DNA of 64,000 bases from Wenzhouxiangellaceae bacterium (GCA_041685925.1 JAWLEW010000006.1:6172-70171); one strand, 5' to 3'; shown: positions 1-9,481, counted from the first letter of the stretch. Numbers and translations: made by a program. The notes: generated from the sequence alone by a model not told the origin.

Positions 1-10
1 AAACGACGCG

Positions 11-2293
11 ATGAGCGTCGTGGCGCGACGCCTGACCGTCGCCGGCCGGGTACAGGGCGTCGGCTTTCGCCCTTTCGTCTACCGCCTGGCGCACGAATTC
101 GAGTTGGCCGGCTGGGTGCTCAACGCGGCCGGCGTGGTCGAAATCGAGATCCACGGCCCGGCTTCGAGCGTGGACGCATTCGCCCGCGACCTGATCGAAC
201 GCGCGCCGCCGCTGGCCCGACCGGCGCTGGTCAGCGACACCGGCGTCGATTCCGAGCCGCTGGATGCGTTCGAGATCCGTGCCAGCCAGTCCGGCGCGGA
301 ACCCGAGATCCACGTCCCGCCCGACCAGTTCCTGTGCGAGGACTGCCTGGCCGAAATGAGCGCACCGGACGAACGCCGCTATCGCTACCCGTTCATCAAC
401 TGCACCCAGTGCGGGCCGCGCTATACCATCATCCGCGCCCTGCCCTACGACCGTCCCAACACCACGCTGAAGGATTTTCCGCTCTGCCCGGCCTGCGAGG
501 CCGAGTACACCAACCCGCTGGACCGGCGCTTTCATGCCCAGCCGTTGGCGTGCCCCGCATGCGGTCCCTCGCTTGCATTTCGCCGCGGCGATGCGCGCCT
601 GGACGACAACGAGGCCGCACTGGCCGCAGCGGTGGCCGCGGTCGAAGCCGGCGAAATCGTCGCGGTACGCGGCGTCGGCGGCTACCACCTGGTCTGCGAC
701 GCGGCCAATGCCGACGCGGTGGCGGCGCTGCGCCGGAGAAAGCGCCGTCCGCACAAGCCGCTGGCCGTCATGGTGCCGATGCGCGGCGACGACGGACTGG
801 ACGCGGCACGCGCGCTGGCCGAACTCGATCCCGCCGTCGCCGATCGGCTGGTCGATCCCGAGCGGCCCATCGCGCTGGCGCGGCTCGAGCCGGGCCACGG
901 ACTCGCCGACGGGGTCGCGCCCGGGTTGAACGAAGTCGGGCTGATGCTGCCGTACAGTCCGCTGCACCACCTGCTGCTTGCGGCGCTGGCGCGCCCGGTG
1001 ATCGCGACCTCGGGCAACCTCAGCGGCGAGCCGGTGTTGACCGACCCGGCCCAGGCCGAGAAGCGTCTGTCGAATATCGCCGATGCCTTCCTGCACCACA
1101 ATCGCCCGATCCAGCGCCCGGCCGACGACCCGGTCTGGCGTCTGAACAGCGGCCGGATGCGGCCGATCCGGCTGGGCCGCGGCAACGCGCCGCTGGAGCT
1201 TGAACTACCGGTCGCACTCGAACGGCCGATCCTCGCGGTCGGCGCATTCCTGAAAAACACCGTTACGCTGGGCTGGAACCGGCGCGCGGTGGTCTCGCCG
1301 CATATCGGCGAGCTGGACAGCCCGCGGGCGGTCGAAGTGTTTGCCCAGGTCGTCGAAGACCTGCAGGCGCTCTACGGCGTCCGCGCCGAGCGGCTGGCCT
1401 GCGACGCGCATCCGGATTTCCCCAACAGCCGCTGGGCGCGCGATACCGGCCTGCCGCTGACGCGCATCTTCCACCACGAGGCGCATGCCGCCGCCTTGGC
1501 CGGCGAATTCGATCGGGTCGGCGCAGATACCCTGGTATTGACCTGGGACGGCGTCGGCTACGGCCGCGACGGTACGCTATGGGGCGGCGAGGCGCTGTAC
1601 GGGCGCCCCGGCAACTGGCGGCGGGTCGCGTCGCTCACGCCCTTCCGGCTCCCGGGCGGCGACAAGGTCATCCGGCAGCCCTGGCGCACCGCGCTGTCGC
1701 TGTCCTGGCACGCCGGATTCGAATGGCCGGAAGCGCCGGACGCCGATCCATTGCTCACGCGCGCCTGGGAATCCGGCCTGGCCAGCCCCTGGACGAGCGC
1801 CGCCGGCCGGCTGTTCGACGGCGCCGCCGCGCTGGCCGGGGTGGCCCCGGAGGCCAGTTACGAGGGCCAGGGCCCGACCTGGCTGGAAGCATTGAGCGCG
1901 CGCGGCGCCGCGGCCAAGGCCCCTGTTCCCCTGCTCGCAGCCGACCAATCCGGCCTGCCACGCGCCGACTGGGGCCCGTTGATGGCCTGGATGGCGGATC
2001 GGTCGATAGCACCGGCCGACCGCGCCGCCGGTTTTCATGGCGCCATGGCCGAACTGGCCGGTTCGATCGTCGATGAGGTGGCCGCCGTGCACCCCGTAAG
2101 CGCCGTGGGGCTGACCGGCGGGGTATTCCAGAACGCCCTGCTCTCGCGCCTGGCCATCGCGCAGATCCGGCAGCGCGGCATCGAACCGCTGCTGCCCGCG
2201 GCGATTCCGGTCAACGACGCGGGAATCAGCTACGGCCAGGTCATCGAGGCGGCTGCAAGGCAGGCCACGGATTACCCAAATGGCCAGAAGTGA
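11..2293 (+). CDS. hypF: [NiFe]-hydrogenase maturation carbamoyltransferase HypF
   Basis: 760-aa ORF. Acylphosphatase motif VAGRVQGVGFRPFVYRLA; two zinc-finger pairs (CEDC..CTQC and CPAC..CPAC); YrdC-like VRGVGGYHLVCDA; Kae1-like C-terminal half. Confidence 0.95.
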   Translation: MSVVARRLTVAGRVQGVGFRPFVYRLAHEFELAGWVLNAAGVVEIEIHGPASSVDAFARDLIERAPPLARPALVSDTGVDSEPLDAFEIRASQSGAEPEIHVPPDQFLCEDCLAEMSAPDERRYRYPFINCTQCGPRYTIIRALPYDRPNTTLKDFPLCPACEAEYTNPLDRRFHAQPLACPACGPSLAFRRGDARLDDNEAALAAAVAAVEAGEIVAVRGVGGYHLVCDAANADAVAALRRRKRRPHKPLAVMVPMRGDDGLDAARALAELDPAVADRLVDPERPIALARLEPGHGLADGVAPGLNEVGLMLPYSPLHHLLLAALARPVIATSGNLSGEPVLTDPAQAEKRLSNIADAFLHHNRPIQRPADDPVWRLNSGRMRPIRLGRGNAPLELELPVALERPILAVGAFLKNTVTLGWNRRAVVSPHIGELDSPRAVEVFAQVVEDLQALYGVRAERLACDAHPDFPNSRWARDTGLPLTRIFHHEAHAAALAGEFDRVGADTLVLTWDGVGYGRDGTLWGGEALYGRPGNWRRVASLTPFRLPGGDKVIRQPWRTALSLSWHAGFEWPEAPDADPLLTRAWESGLASPWTSAAGRLFDGAAALAGVAPEASYEGQGPTWLEALSARGAAAKAPVPLLAADQSGLPRADWGPLMAWMADRSIAPADRAAGFHGAMAELAGSIVDEVAAVHPVSAVGLTGGVFQNALLSRLAIAQIRQRGIEPLLPAAIPVNDAGISYGQVIEAAARQATDYPNGQK

Positions 2294-2342
2294 TAAACAA
2301 CCTTTTGAATCCTTTGTATCTAACTGAATTAAAAAGAGTCTA

Positions 2343-3368
2343 ATGACCGAAAAACCACCCAAGCTCGACAAGCACATCCGGCTCGCCCACGGCAACGGCG
2401 GGCGCTACATGCGCGAACTCATCGATGCCCTGTTTGCCGCCCGGCTCGGGGACCAGGGTCTGGACACCCGGGTCGATGCCGCGGCGGTCGACGTGCCGCA
2501 AGGGGTTCGGCTGATGATGACCACCGACGGCTTCACGGTCGATCCGCTGGAGTTTCCCGGCGGCAACATCGGCTCGCTGGCCATTCACGGCACGGTCAAC
2601 GACCTGGCGGTGGCCGGCGCCATGCCGCTGTACCTGACGCTCAACGCATTCATCGAGGAAGGCACGGAAATCAAGCTGCTCGAGCGGATCGTCGACGCGC
2701 TGGCCGAAGCCGCGCGCGAAGCCGGCGTCAAGGTCGTGGCCGGAGACACCAAGGTGCTGGCGCGCGGCGAATGCGGCGGCGTCTACCTGGCCACCACCGG
2801 CCTGGGCGCGGTGCCGAACGACCTCGCGCTGGATCAGCAGCACGTGCGGCCGGGCGACCGCATCATCGTTTCGGGCAGCATCGGCGATCACGGCACCTCG
2901 GTACTGCTGGCGCGCGAGGAGTACGGGCTGCGCGGCGACCTGCAATCGGATTCGGCCAGCGTGCTGCCGGTCACCGAGATGCTGCTCAAGCATCCCGGCC
3001 TCAGGTTCATGCGCGATCCGACCCGCGGCGGGCTGGCCACGGTCGCGCTGGAGCTGGCCCGCGAAAGCGGGCTCGGCATCGCGCTGGAGGAGGACGCGAT
3101 TCCGCTCAGCGAACCGGTTTCGGCCGTGTGCGAACTGCTCGGCTACGATCCCCTTTACCTGGCCTGCGAAGGACGGGTCGTCGCGGCGATTGCCGCCGAC
3201 GCGGCCGACGATGCCGTCGCCGAATTGCGCATCTCCGGTGTCGCGCCCGATGCCGCCGTCATCGGCACGGTCGGCGAGGGGCCGGGCCCGGTCATGCTGA
3301 CCACGGGCCTGGGCGGCCAACGCCTGATCGACGAACTGGAAGACGATCCGCTGCCGCGGATCTGCTGA
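2343..3368 (+). CDS. hypE: [NiFe]-hydrogenase maturation protein HypE
   Basis: 341 aa. N-terminal AHGNGG motif, PurM-like body, and the diagnostic C-terminal PRIC ending in Cys. Confidence 0.95.
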   Translation: MTEKPPKLDKHIRLAHGNGGRYMRELIDALFAARLGDQGLDTRVDAAAVDVPQGVRLMMTTDGFTVDPLEFPGGNIGSLAIHGTVNDLAVAGAMPLYLTLNAFIEEGTEIKLLERIVDALAEAAREAGVKVVAGDTKVLARGECGGVYLATTGLGAVPNDLALDQQHVRPGDRIIVSGSIGDHGTSVLLAREEYGLRGDLQSDSASVLPVTEMLLKHPGLRFMRDPTRGGLATVALELARESGLGIALEEDAIPLSEPVSAVCELLGYDPLYLACEGRVVAAIAADAADDAVAELRISGVAPDAAVIGTVGEGPGPVMLTTGLGGQRLIDELEDDPLPRIC

Positions 3369-3495
3369 CCGTTTTCGCCGGCCGCGGCGGCAAACGAACG
3401 TGGCGCCGCTTCGATCAAAGTCGAATGGCCGGCGCCGGCAGCCCATGCCATGCTTGCAGACCGATTCCCGATAAACACATGGTGGAGACAGGACG

Positions 3496-5388
3496 ATGGG
3501 CCACAAGGAAATCCACGATCGTTCGCTGGCCGATCCCGAGGCCTTCTGGGCCGAGGCGGCCGAAGCAATCGAATGGCAGCGAACCTGGGATTCGGTGCTG
3601 GAAACCGGCAGCGCGCCGTTCCATCGCTGGTTCGCCGGCGGCATGCTCAACACCTGCCACAACGCGCTTGACCGCCACGTCGAAGCCGGACGCGGCGACC
3701 AGACCGCGCTGGTCCACGACTCACCGGTCACCGAAACGATCCAGCGCTTCACCTACCGCGAACTGCGCGACCGGGTCGCCGCGTTGGCCGGGGTGCTGCG
3801 CGCGCACGGCGTGGAAAAGGGCGACCGGGTCATCGTTTACATGCCCATGGTGCCGGCGGCCCCCATGGCGATGCTGGCCTGCGCCCGCATCGGTGCGATC
3901 CATTCGGTGGTCTTCGGCGGATTTTCGGCCGGAGAACTGGCCAAGCGCATCGACGATGCCCGGCCGAAGATGATCCTGTCGGCTTCCTGCGGCATCGAGC
4001 CCGGCCGCGTCGTCGAATACAAGCCGCTGCTGGACCGGGCCATCGAACTGGCCGAACACAAGCCGGACGCGACCCTGATCCTGGCCCGGCCGCAGGCCTC
4101 GGCCGACCTGGTCGACGGTCGCGATTTCGACTGGGACACGGAAATGGAACGCGCCGCGCCGGCCGACTGCGTGCCGGTCGAAGCGACCCACCCGCTGTAC
4201 ATCCTGTACACCTCCGGCACCACCGGCCAGCCCAAGGGCATCGTGCGCGACAACGGCGGGCACGCCGTCGCGCTGGCCTGGTCGATGTCCAACATTTACG
4301 ACATCAAGCCCGGCGAAGTGTTCTGGGCCGCCTCCGACGTCGGCTGGGTGGTCGGGCATTCATACATCGTCTATGCGCCGCTTCTGATCGGCGCGACCAC
4401 GGTCTTGTTCGAGGGCAAGCCGGTCGGCACCCCCGACGCCGGCACTTTCTGGCGCGTGATCGAACAGCACGGCGTCTGCACGCTGTTCACCGCGCCCACC
4501 GCGTTTCGCGCCATCGGCAAGGAGGACCCGGGCGGCGAGTTCATCGGCAAGTACGATCTATCGGGCCTGCGCGCCCTGTTCCTGGCCGGCGAACGTTGCG
4601 ATCCGAGCACGCTGGAATGGGCGCAGCGCCAGTTGAACGTGCCTGTGATCGACCACTGGTGGCAGACCGAGACCGGCTGGCCGGTTGCAGCCAACTGCCT
4701 CGGCATCGAGCAGCTGCCGATCAAGCCCGGGTCGCCGACCTGCGCGGTGCCGGGCTACGACGTGCGCGTGCTCGACGACGAAGGCCACGAACTGCCCGAC
4801 GGCGAAATCGGCGCCATCGTCATCAAGCTGCCGTTGCCGCCGGGCTGCCTAGTCACGCTTTGGGAGGCCGATCAGCGCTGCCGGGACGCCTATCTCAGGC
4901 GTTTCCCGGGCTACTACCTGACCGGCGACGCCGGGATTCGCGACGCGGACGGCTACTTGTGGATCATGAGCCGCATCGACGACGTGATCAACGTGGCCGG
5001 GCACCGGCTTTCCACCGGCGAAATGGAGGAAGCGCTGGCCGCGCATCCGCACGTGGCCGAATGCGCGGTCTTCGGCGTGCGCGACCCGCTCAAGGGCGAG
5101 CTGCCGCTGGGACTGGTGGTGCTCAAGTCGGGCGCGGGCGTGGATGAAGAGCAACTGCGCGCCGACCTGATCAGGCAGGTGCGCGAGGCCATCGGTCCGG
5201 TCGCCGCCTTCAAGCTGGTCGCCGTGGTATCCCGCCTGCCCAAGACGCGTTCGGGCAAGATCCTGCGCGGTACCATGAAGAAGATCGCCGATGGCAGGGA
5301 GTGGACACCGCCGGCCACCATAGACGATCCGATCATTCTCGACGAAATCGAGCAGGCGCTGGTGAAAATAGGCTACCCGAGTTCCTGA
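3496..5388 (+). CDS. prpE: Acyl-CoA synthetase, propionate--CoA ligase-like
   Basis: 630 aa. AMP-binding signature YTSGTTGQPKG. N-terminus (DPEAFWAEAA..W) and length are typical of the PrpE/Acs family. GGAGA-type RBS upstream of the ATG. Confidence 0.75.
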   Translation: MGHKEIHDRSLADPEAFWAEAAEAIEWQRTWDSVLETGSAPFHRWFAGGMLNTCHNALDRHVEAGRGDQTALVHDSPVTETIQRFTYRELRDRVAALAGVLRAHGVEKGDRVIVYMPMVPAAPMAMLACARIGAIHSVVFGGFSAGELAKRIDDARPKMILSASCGIEPGRVVEYKPLLDRAIELAEHKPDATLILARPQASADLVDGRDFDWDTEMERAAPADCVPVEATHPLYILYTSGTTGQPKGIVRDNGGHAVALAWSMSNIYDIKPGEVFWAASDVGWVVGHSYIVYAPLLIGATTVLFEGKPVGTPDAGTFWRVIEQHGVCTLFTAPTAFRAIGKEDPGGEFIGKYDLSGLRALFLAGERCDPSTLEWAQRQLNVPVIDHWWQTETGWPVAANCLGIEQLPIKPGSPTCAVPGYDVRVLDDEGHELPDGEIGAIVIKLPLPPGCLVTLWEADQRCRDAYLRRFPGYYLTGDAGIRDADGYLWIMSRIDDVINVAGHRLSTGEMEEALAAHPHVAECAVFGVRDPLKGELPLGLVVLKSGAGVDEEQLRADLIRQVREAIGPVAAFKLVAVVSRLPKTRSGKILRGTMKKIADGREWTPPATIDDPIILDEIEQALVKIGYPSS

Positions 5389-5657
5389 TCGACGCCTGGG
5401 CATGGCACCCGGCCGGGCAGCGCACACAAGGCTCTTTATCACGGATTCCACGGATTCCGGATCCGGCGGGCATCGAGCGCTTCAATTCGACGCGTGGCGA
5501 GGCCTTCAGCGATCGATACCCGCCGGATCCTCCAACTGGAGAGGCCCACCGGTCCGCGCCGCGCGTGAACCTGTCCGCTTCCGCCTGTATCCGTAAATCT
5601 GCGCTGACCCGTGTAACCTGTGGCGACCCTTCATCGACGCAAACAGGACGCTTTTCA

Positions 5658-7112
5658 ATGAGTGAAAACCGGCGCGAGCTCGAAGCCGACGTTGCCGTCA
5701 TCGGTGCCGGCAGCGCCGGGCTGGTCGCCTACCGCCAGGCCAGCAAGCATGTCGACAACGTCGTCCTGATCGAGGGCGGGCCGTACGGCACCACCTGTGC
5801 GCGGGTCGGCTGCATGCCCAGCAAGCTGCTGATCAGCGCCGCGGAAGCCGCGCACTCGGCCCACCATGCCGGTCAGTTCGGCGTGCACCCGGAATCGGTG
5901 CGTATCGACGGCAAGGCGGTCATGGAGCGGGTCAGAAGCCAACGCGACCGTTTCGTCGGCTTCGTGCTCGAGTCGGTCGAAAGCATTTCCGAAGACCGGC
6001 GCATTCGCGGCATGGCGCGCTTCGAGGACGCCAACACGCTCGTCGTTGAAAAAGGCCCGCGCATCCGCGCCGAGCGCGTCGTGATCGCGACCGGTTCGCG
6101 CACCAACGTGGTGCCTTTCCTCGACGACGCGGGCAGCCGCCTGGTCACCAACGACGAGGTCTTCGACTGGGAGAGCCTGCCCGAGTCGGTCGCGGTGTTC
6201 GGCCCCGGCGTGATCGGCCTGGAAATCGGGCAGGCGCTGGCGCGGCTGGGCGTTCGCGTGAAGATGTTCGGCGTCGGCGGCGCGGTGGGCCCGATCCAGG
6301 ATCCCGAAATCCGCCGCATTGCACTGGAGACCTTCAACCGCGAGTTCTTTCTCGACCCCGATGTCGAAACCACCGGCATCCGCGAGCTCGAAAACGGCGT
6401 CGAAGTCAGCTACCGCGACAAGGATGGCGGGCAGGTCAGCGAGGTCTTCGAGTATCTGCTGGCCGCCACCGGCCGCCGTCCCAACGTGGACGGGCTGGGC
6501 CTGGAGAACACCGGACTGGCGCTGGACGCGCGCGGCGTGCCGGAATTCGACCGCTACACGCTGCGCTGCGGCGACAGTCCGATATTCATCGCCGGCGACG
6601 TCAACAACGAACTCCCGTTGCTGCACGAGGCTGCCGACGAGGGACGGATCGCCGGCGCCAACGCCGGCATGTATCCCGAGGTGCAGACCGGCCTTCGCCG
6701 CACGCCGCTTTCAGTGGTATTCACCGATCCGCAGATCGCGGCGGTCGGCCTGACCATCCAGCAGACCGACGCGCGCTGCCGCGGCTGTTTTGCGGTCGGC
6801 TCGGTAAATTTCGAGAACCAGGGCCGCAGCCGCGTCATGGGCAAGAACCGCGGCCTGCTGCGCGTCTACGGCGAGCACGGAACCGGCCGCTTCATGGGCG
6901 CGGAAATGTTCGGTCCGGCCGCAGAGCATATCGCCCACCTCCTGGCCTGGTCGGCCCAGCAGCGAATGGACGTGACCGAGATGCTGGAAATGCCGTTCTA
7001 TCACCCCGTGATCGAAGAAGGCCTGCGGACCGCGCTGCGCGACCTGCACGACAAGCTCAAGCTGGGGCCGGAATCGTCACAGGAGTGCATGGACTGCGGT
7101 CCGGGCACCTGA
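5658..7112 (+). CDS. Dihydrolipoyl dehydrogenase-family flavoprotein disulfide reductase
   Basis: Start placed at the internal ATG (MSENRRELEADVAVIGAGSAGLVAY). FAD GxGxxG motif, redox-active CxxxxC (GTTCARVGCMPSK), second dinucleotide fold (VAVFGPGVIGLE). The ORF-track start at 5301 lies in non-coding-looking sequence. Confidence 0.8.
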   Translation: MSENRRELEADVAVIGAGSAGLVAYRQASKHVDNVVLIEGGPYGTTCARVGCMPSKLLISAAEAAHSAHHAGQFGVHPESVRIDGKAVMERVRSQRDRFVGFVLESVESISEDRRIRGMARFEDANTLVVEKGPRIRAERVVIATGSRTNVVPFLDDAGSRLVTNDEVFDWESLPESVAVFGPGVIGLEIGQALARLGVRVKMFGVGGAVGPIQDPEIRRIALETFNREFFLDPDVETTGIRELENGVEVSYRDKDGGQVSEVFEYLLAATGRRPNVDGLGLENTGLALDARGVPEFDRYTLRCGDSPIFIAGDVNNELPLLHEAADEGRIAGANAGMYPEVQTGLRRTPLSVVFTDPQIAAVGLTIQQTDARCRGCFAVGSVNFENQGRSRVMGKNRGLLRVYGEHGTGRFMGAEMFGPAAEHIAHLLAWSAQQRMDVTEMLEMPFYHPVIEEGLRTALRDLHDKLKLGPESSQECMDCGPGT

Positions 7113-7175
7113 ACCGGATTCGATCAGCGGCGCACCTGGCACGACCCGCCGGCAGCCGCGGGGAGGCGCGCGGGA

Positions 7176-8087
7176 TCAGTCCGGGGTTCCCCGGATTTCC
7201 CCTGTCCGGGTTGTCCGTCGATCCGGGCCCAAGCGCCACACCTGCCAGAAAACCCACGCGAACGCCGGCACGTTCATCATCAGCCCGTACAGCAGTGGCA
7301 CCACCCCCAGGGCGGGATTCTGCAGTATGGCGAAGGCGACCATCATCGCGACGCCCGCATTCTGCACGCCGACTTCGACGGTGATCGATCTTGCACTTGC
7401 CGCCGGCAAACCGGCCAGGCGCGCCACGCGACCGCCCAGCAGCATCGCCAGCGAACACAGCGCGATCACCGCGAACGTTTCCAGGCTCGCCAGCGACGGC
7501 AGCCGATCGAAGTAAGCCGCGAACAGCGCCAGCACGATCGCGATCATCGCGCTTCCGGTCAGCCGGCGTATCGCCGGCGACAGCCGGTCGGCACGCGACG
7601 GGCCGAGCGCCTTGCGGACGGCCATCCCGCCCAGCACCGGGATCAGCGTGACCAGTCCCAGCTGGCCCACCACGCTCCAGTATGGAAGGGAGAATTCAGC
7701 CGTGGTCATTCCGAGCAGGCTGAAATTCCATCCCATGATCAACGGCAGCGTGAACGGCACCAGCATCGCGGTCATCGCGGTGAGGCACACCGACAGCGCG
7801 AGATCGCCCCGGGCCAGGTAGCTGAACAGGTTGGACGTGGCGCCGCCCGGAACCAGCGCCACCAGCAGCAGGCCGGCGGCCGCGAGCGGCGGCAGCGGCA
7901 GCACCAGCACGACCGCCCACGACAACAATGGAAGAACCAGCATCTGCAGCGCGAGTCCCAGCGCCAGTCGGCCGGGATGGCGCGCGACCCGCGCGAAGTT
8001 GTCCGCCTCCAGGCCGAGCCCCATTGCAAGCATGACCGCGGCCAGAATCCAGGGCAGCACCGCCTGCGCGAGCCAGTCTGCCGTCAT
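7176..8087 (-). CDS. Bile acid:sodium symporter (BASS) family transporter
   Basis: 303-aa polytopic membrane protein. N-terminus (LPWILAAVMLAMGLGLEADNF..) and overall layout are typical of the BASS/SBF family. It starts 16 nt after the nikO stop on the same strand. Confidence 0.75.
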   Translation of the reverse strand: MTADWLAQAVLPWILAAVMLAMGLGLEADNFARVARHPGRLALGLALQMLVLPLLSWAVVLVLPLPPLAAAGLLLVALVPGGATSNLFSYLARGDLALSVCLTAMTAMLVPFTLPLIMGWNFSLLGMTTAEFSLPYWSVVGQLGLVTLIPVLGGMAVRKALGPSRADRLSPAIRRLTGSAMIAIVLALFAAYFDRLPSLASLETFAVIALCSLAMLLGGRVARLAGLPAASARSITVEVGVQNAGVAMMVAFAILQNPALGVVPLLYGLMMNVPAFAWVFWQVWRLGPDRRTTRTGEIRGTPD

Positions 8088-8103
8088 TTCGATTCCGATG
8101 GGT

Positions 8104-8925
8104 TCATTCCCAGTTGCGGTGAACGTGCACGTGCCGGTGCTCGGTGCCGTCGTCGTGGCGATGCCGGTGGCTGTGTGCCAGGTTGGCCTGCCACAGCAGT
8201 TCGGTGCAGCCCAGCGCCTCGCCCAGGGGCCCGTCGAACAACAGCTTGCCCCGCTCGTCGAGAATCAACGCGCGTTCCCCCATTTCGCCGGCCAGCGACA
8301 AATTCTGGGTCGATACCAGCGTGGTCAGCGCCGGCTGGTCGCGCAGGAAATCGATCAACCAGCCGGTCGCGCGCGGGTCGAGGTTGGCCGTGGGCTCGTC
8401 GAGCAACAGCAGGCGGGGGCCGCAGGCCAGCACGCAGGCCAGGCACAGGCGCTGTTTCTCGCCCCCGCTGAGCCGATACGGTGGAGTGTCCAGATATCTT
8501 TCCAGGCCGAAGCGGCAGGCCCAGCGCTGCGCTTGCCGCAGCGGCTCGGGCATGCCCAGCCGGGCCGGACCATAGGCAATTTCCTCGGCCACGCTGGCAT
8601 TGAACAGCATCGCATCCGGGTCCTGGAAGACCATCCCGACCTCGCCGCGAAATCGCCTCGACCATTCGCGGTCACGCAACCGCCTGGGCGTGATCACTTC
8701 GCCGCAATAGCGAATTTCGCCGCTGTCGGGCACGACCAGCGCATCGACCAGCTTGAGCAGCGTGCTCTTGCCGCAGCCGTTGCCGCCCAGCAGTACCACG
8801 CGTTCACCGGGCGACAGGCTGAAACTGACCTCCTCGATGGCCGACTCGCCATCCGGATACCGGTACGAAACCCGCTCGAGCTCGATCATCGGCCGAGGCC
8901 GGGCCGGCGCTTCAGGCTCGGTCAT
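8104..8925 (-). CDS. nikO: ECF-type nickel/cobalt transporter ATPase (NikO/CbiO) with His-rich C-terminal tail
   Basis: Walker A GGNGCGKST, ABC signature LSGGEKQR, Walker B LLLLDEP. The last 23 residues (HSHRHRHDDGTEHRHVHVHRNWE) contain 8 His. Overlaps the nikQ stop by 14 nt. Confidence 0.9.
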   Translation of the reverse strand: MTEPEAPARPRPMIELERVSYRYPDGESAIEEVSFSLSPGERVVLLGGNGCGKSTLLKLVDALVVPDSGEIRYCGEVITPRRLRDREWSRRFRGEVGMVFQDPDAMLFNASVAEEIAYGPARLGMPEPLRQAQRWACRFGLERYLDTPPYRLSGGEKQRLCLACVLACGPRLLLLDEPTANLDPRATGWLIDFLRDQPALTTLVSTQNLSLAGEMGERALILDERGKLLFDGPLGEALGCTELLWQANLAHSHRHRHDDGTEHRHVHVHRNWE

Positions 8926-9481
8926 CGAAAAATCCCCGGGCCCGCATGCCCTGGTTCAGGGCCTCGGCACGTCCTTCGGTCTTTTCCAGCGCGACCGAAA
9001 CCTGGCTGGCGGCGCTGGCGAAGCGAACCTTGAGCGACGGACGGGTCGGACTCCGGCTGACCAGCGCCATTCGGTGCTCGGCAAGCATACGCCCCAATGC
9101 CCGGATCTGGCCCAGCACGATCACGACCAGAAACCGGATCGACGGCCAGCGGTCGACGGCGCGCACAAGATCGATGTTCCGCGTCAGCCACAGCGCGAGC
9201 AGCGCCAGCAGAAACACCCGGAGATTGAGGCGCAGCACGAAAGTCGTCCACGATTCACCGGCGGTCCAGGCCCAGATCGCGTAGGCGGCGCTGACCGTCA
9301 CGTTCACCAGCGCCACGGCCGCAAGCGCGCGTGCCGCCATGCTCCATGCAACGCCGCCCTGCAGGACCAGCATCAAACCCAGCGCCAGCGCCAGCAGGGC
9401 GGCGAGCCAGGCCGGATCGTGCACGAACCCGATGGCGACCACGGCGACCAGCCACAAGGCCAGGAGCGTTCGATCCTTCAT
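8912..9481 (-). CDS. nikQ: ECF transporter transmembrane (T) component NikQ/CbiQ
   Basis: Start taken at the internal ATG (MKDRTLLALWLVAVV..), giving a 189-aa membrane protein. Its ATG overlaps the nikM stop (ATGA). The longer ORF-track N-terminus is an Arg/Gly-rich high-GC artefact overlapping nikM. Confidence 0.8.
   Translation of the reverse strand: MKDRTLLALWLVAVVAIGFVHDPAWLAALLALALGLMLVLQGGVAWSMAARALAAVALVNVTVSAAYAIWAWTAGESWTTFVLRLNLRVFLLALLALWLTRNIDLVRAVDRWPSIRFLVVIVLGQIRALGRMLAEHRMALVSRSPTRPSLKVRFASAASQVSVALEKTEGRAEALNQGMRARGFFDDRA

Noticed and set aside
5452-5464. The 13-mer CGGATTCCGGATC is shared between the prpE-downstream spacer (5452-5464) and the hypA/hyn intergenic region (14077-14089). 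It was considered as a possible common regulatory motif.
   Set aside because: For 64 kb on both strands, tens of exact 13-mer coincidences are expected by chance (roughly N squared over 4 to the 13th). The motif is also internally repetitive. This is not sufficient evidence for a shared site.
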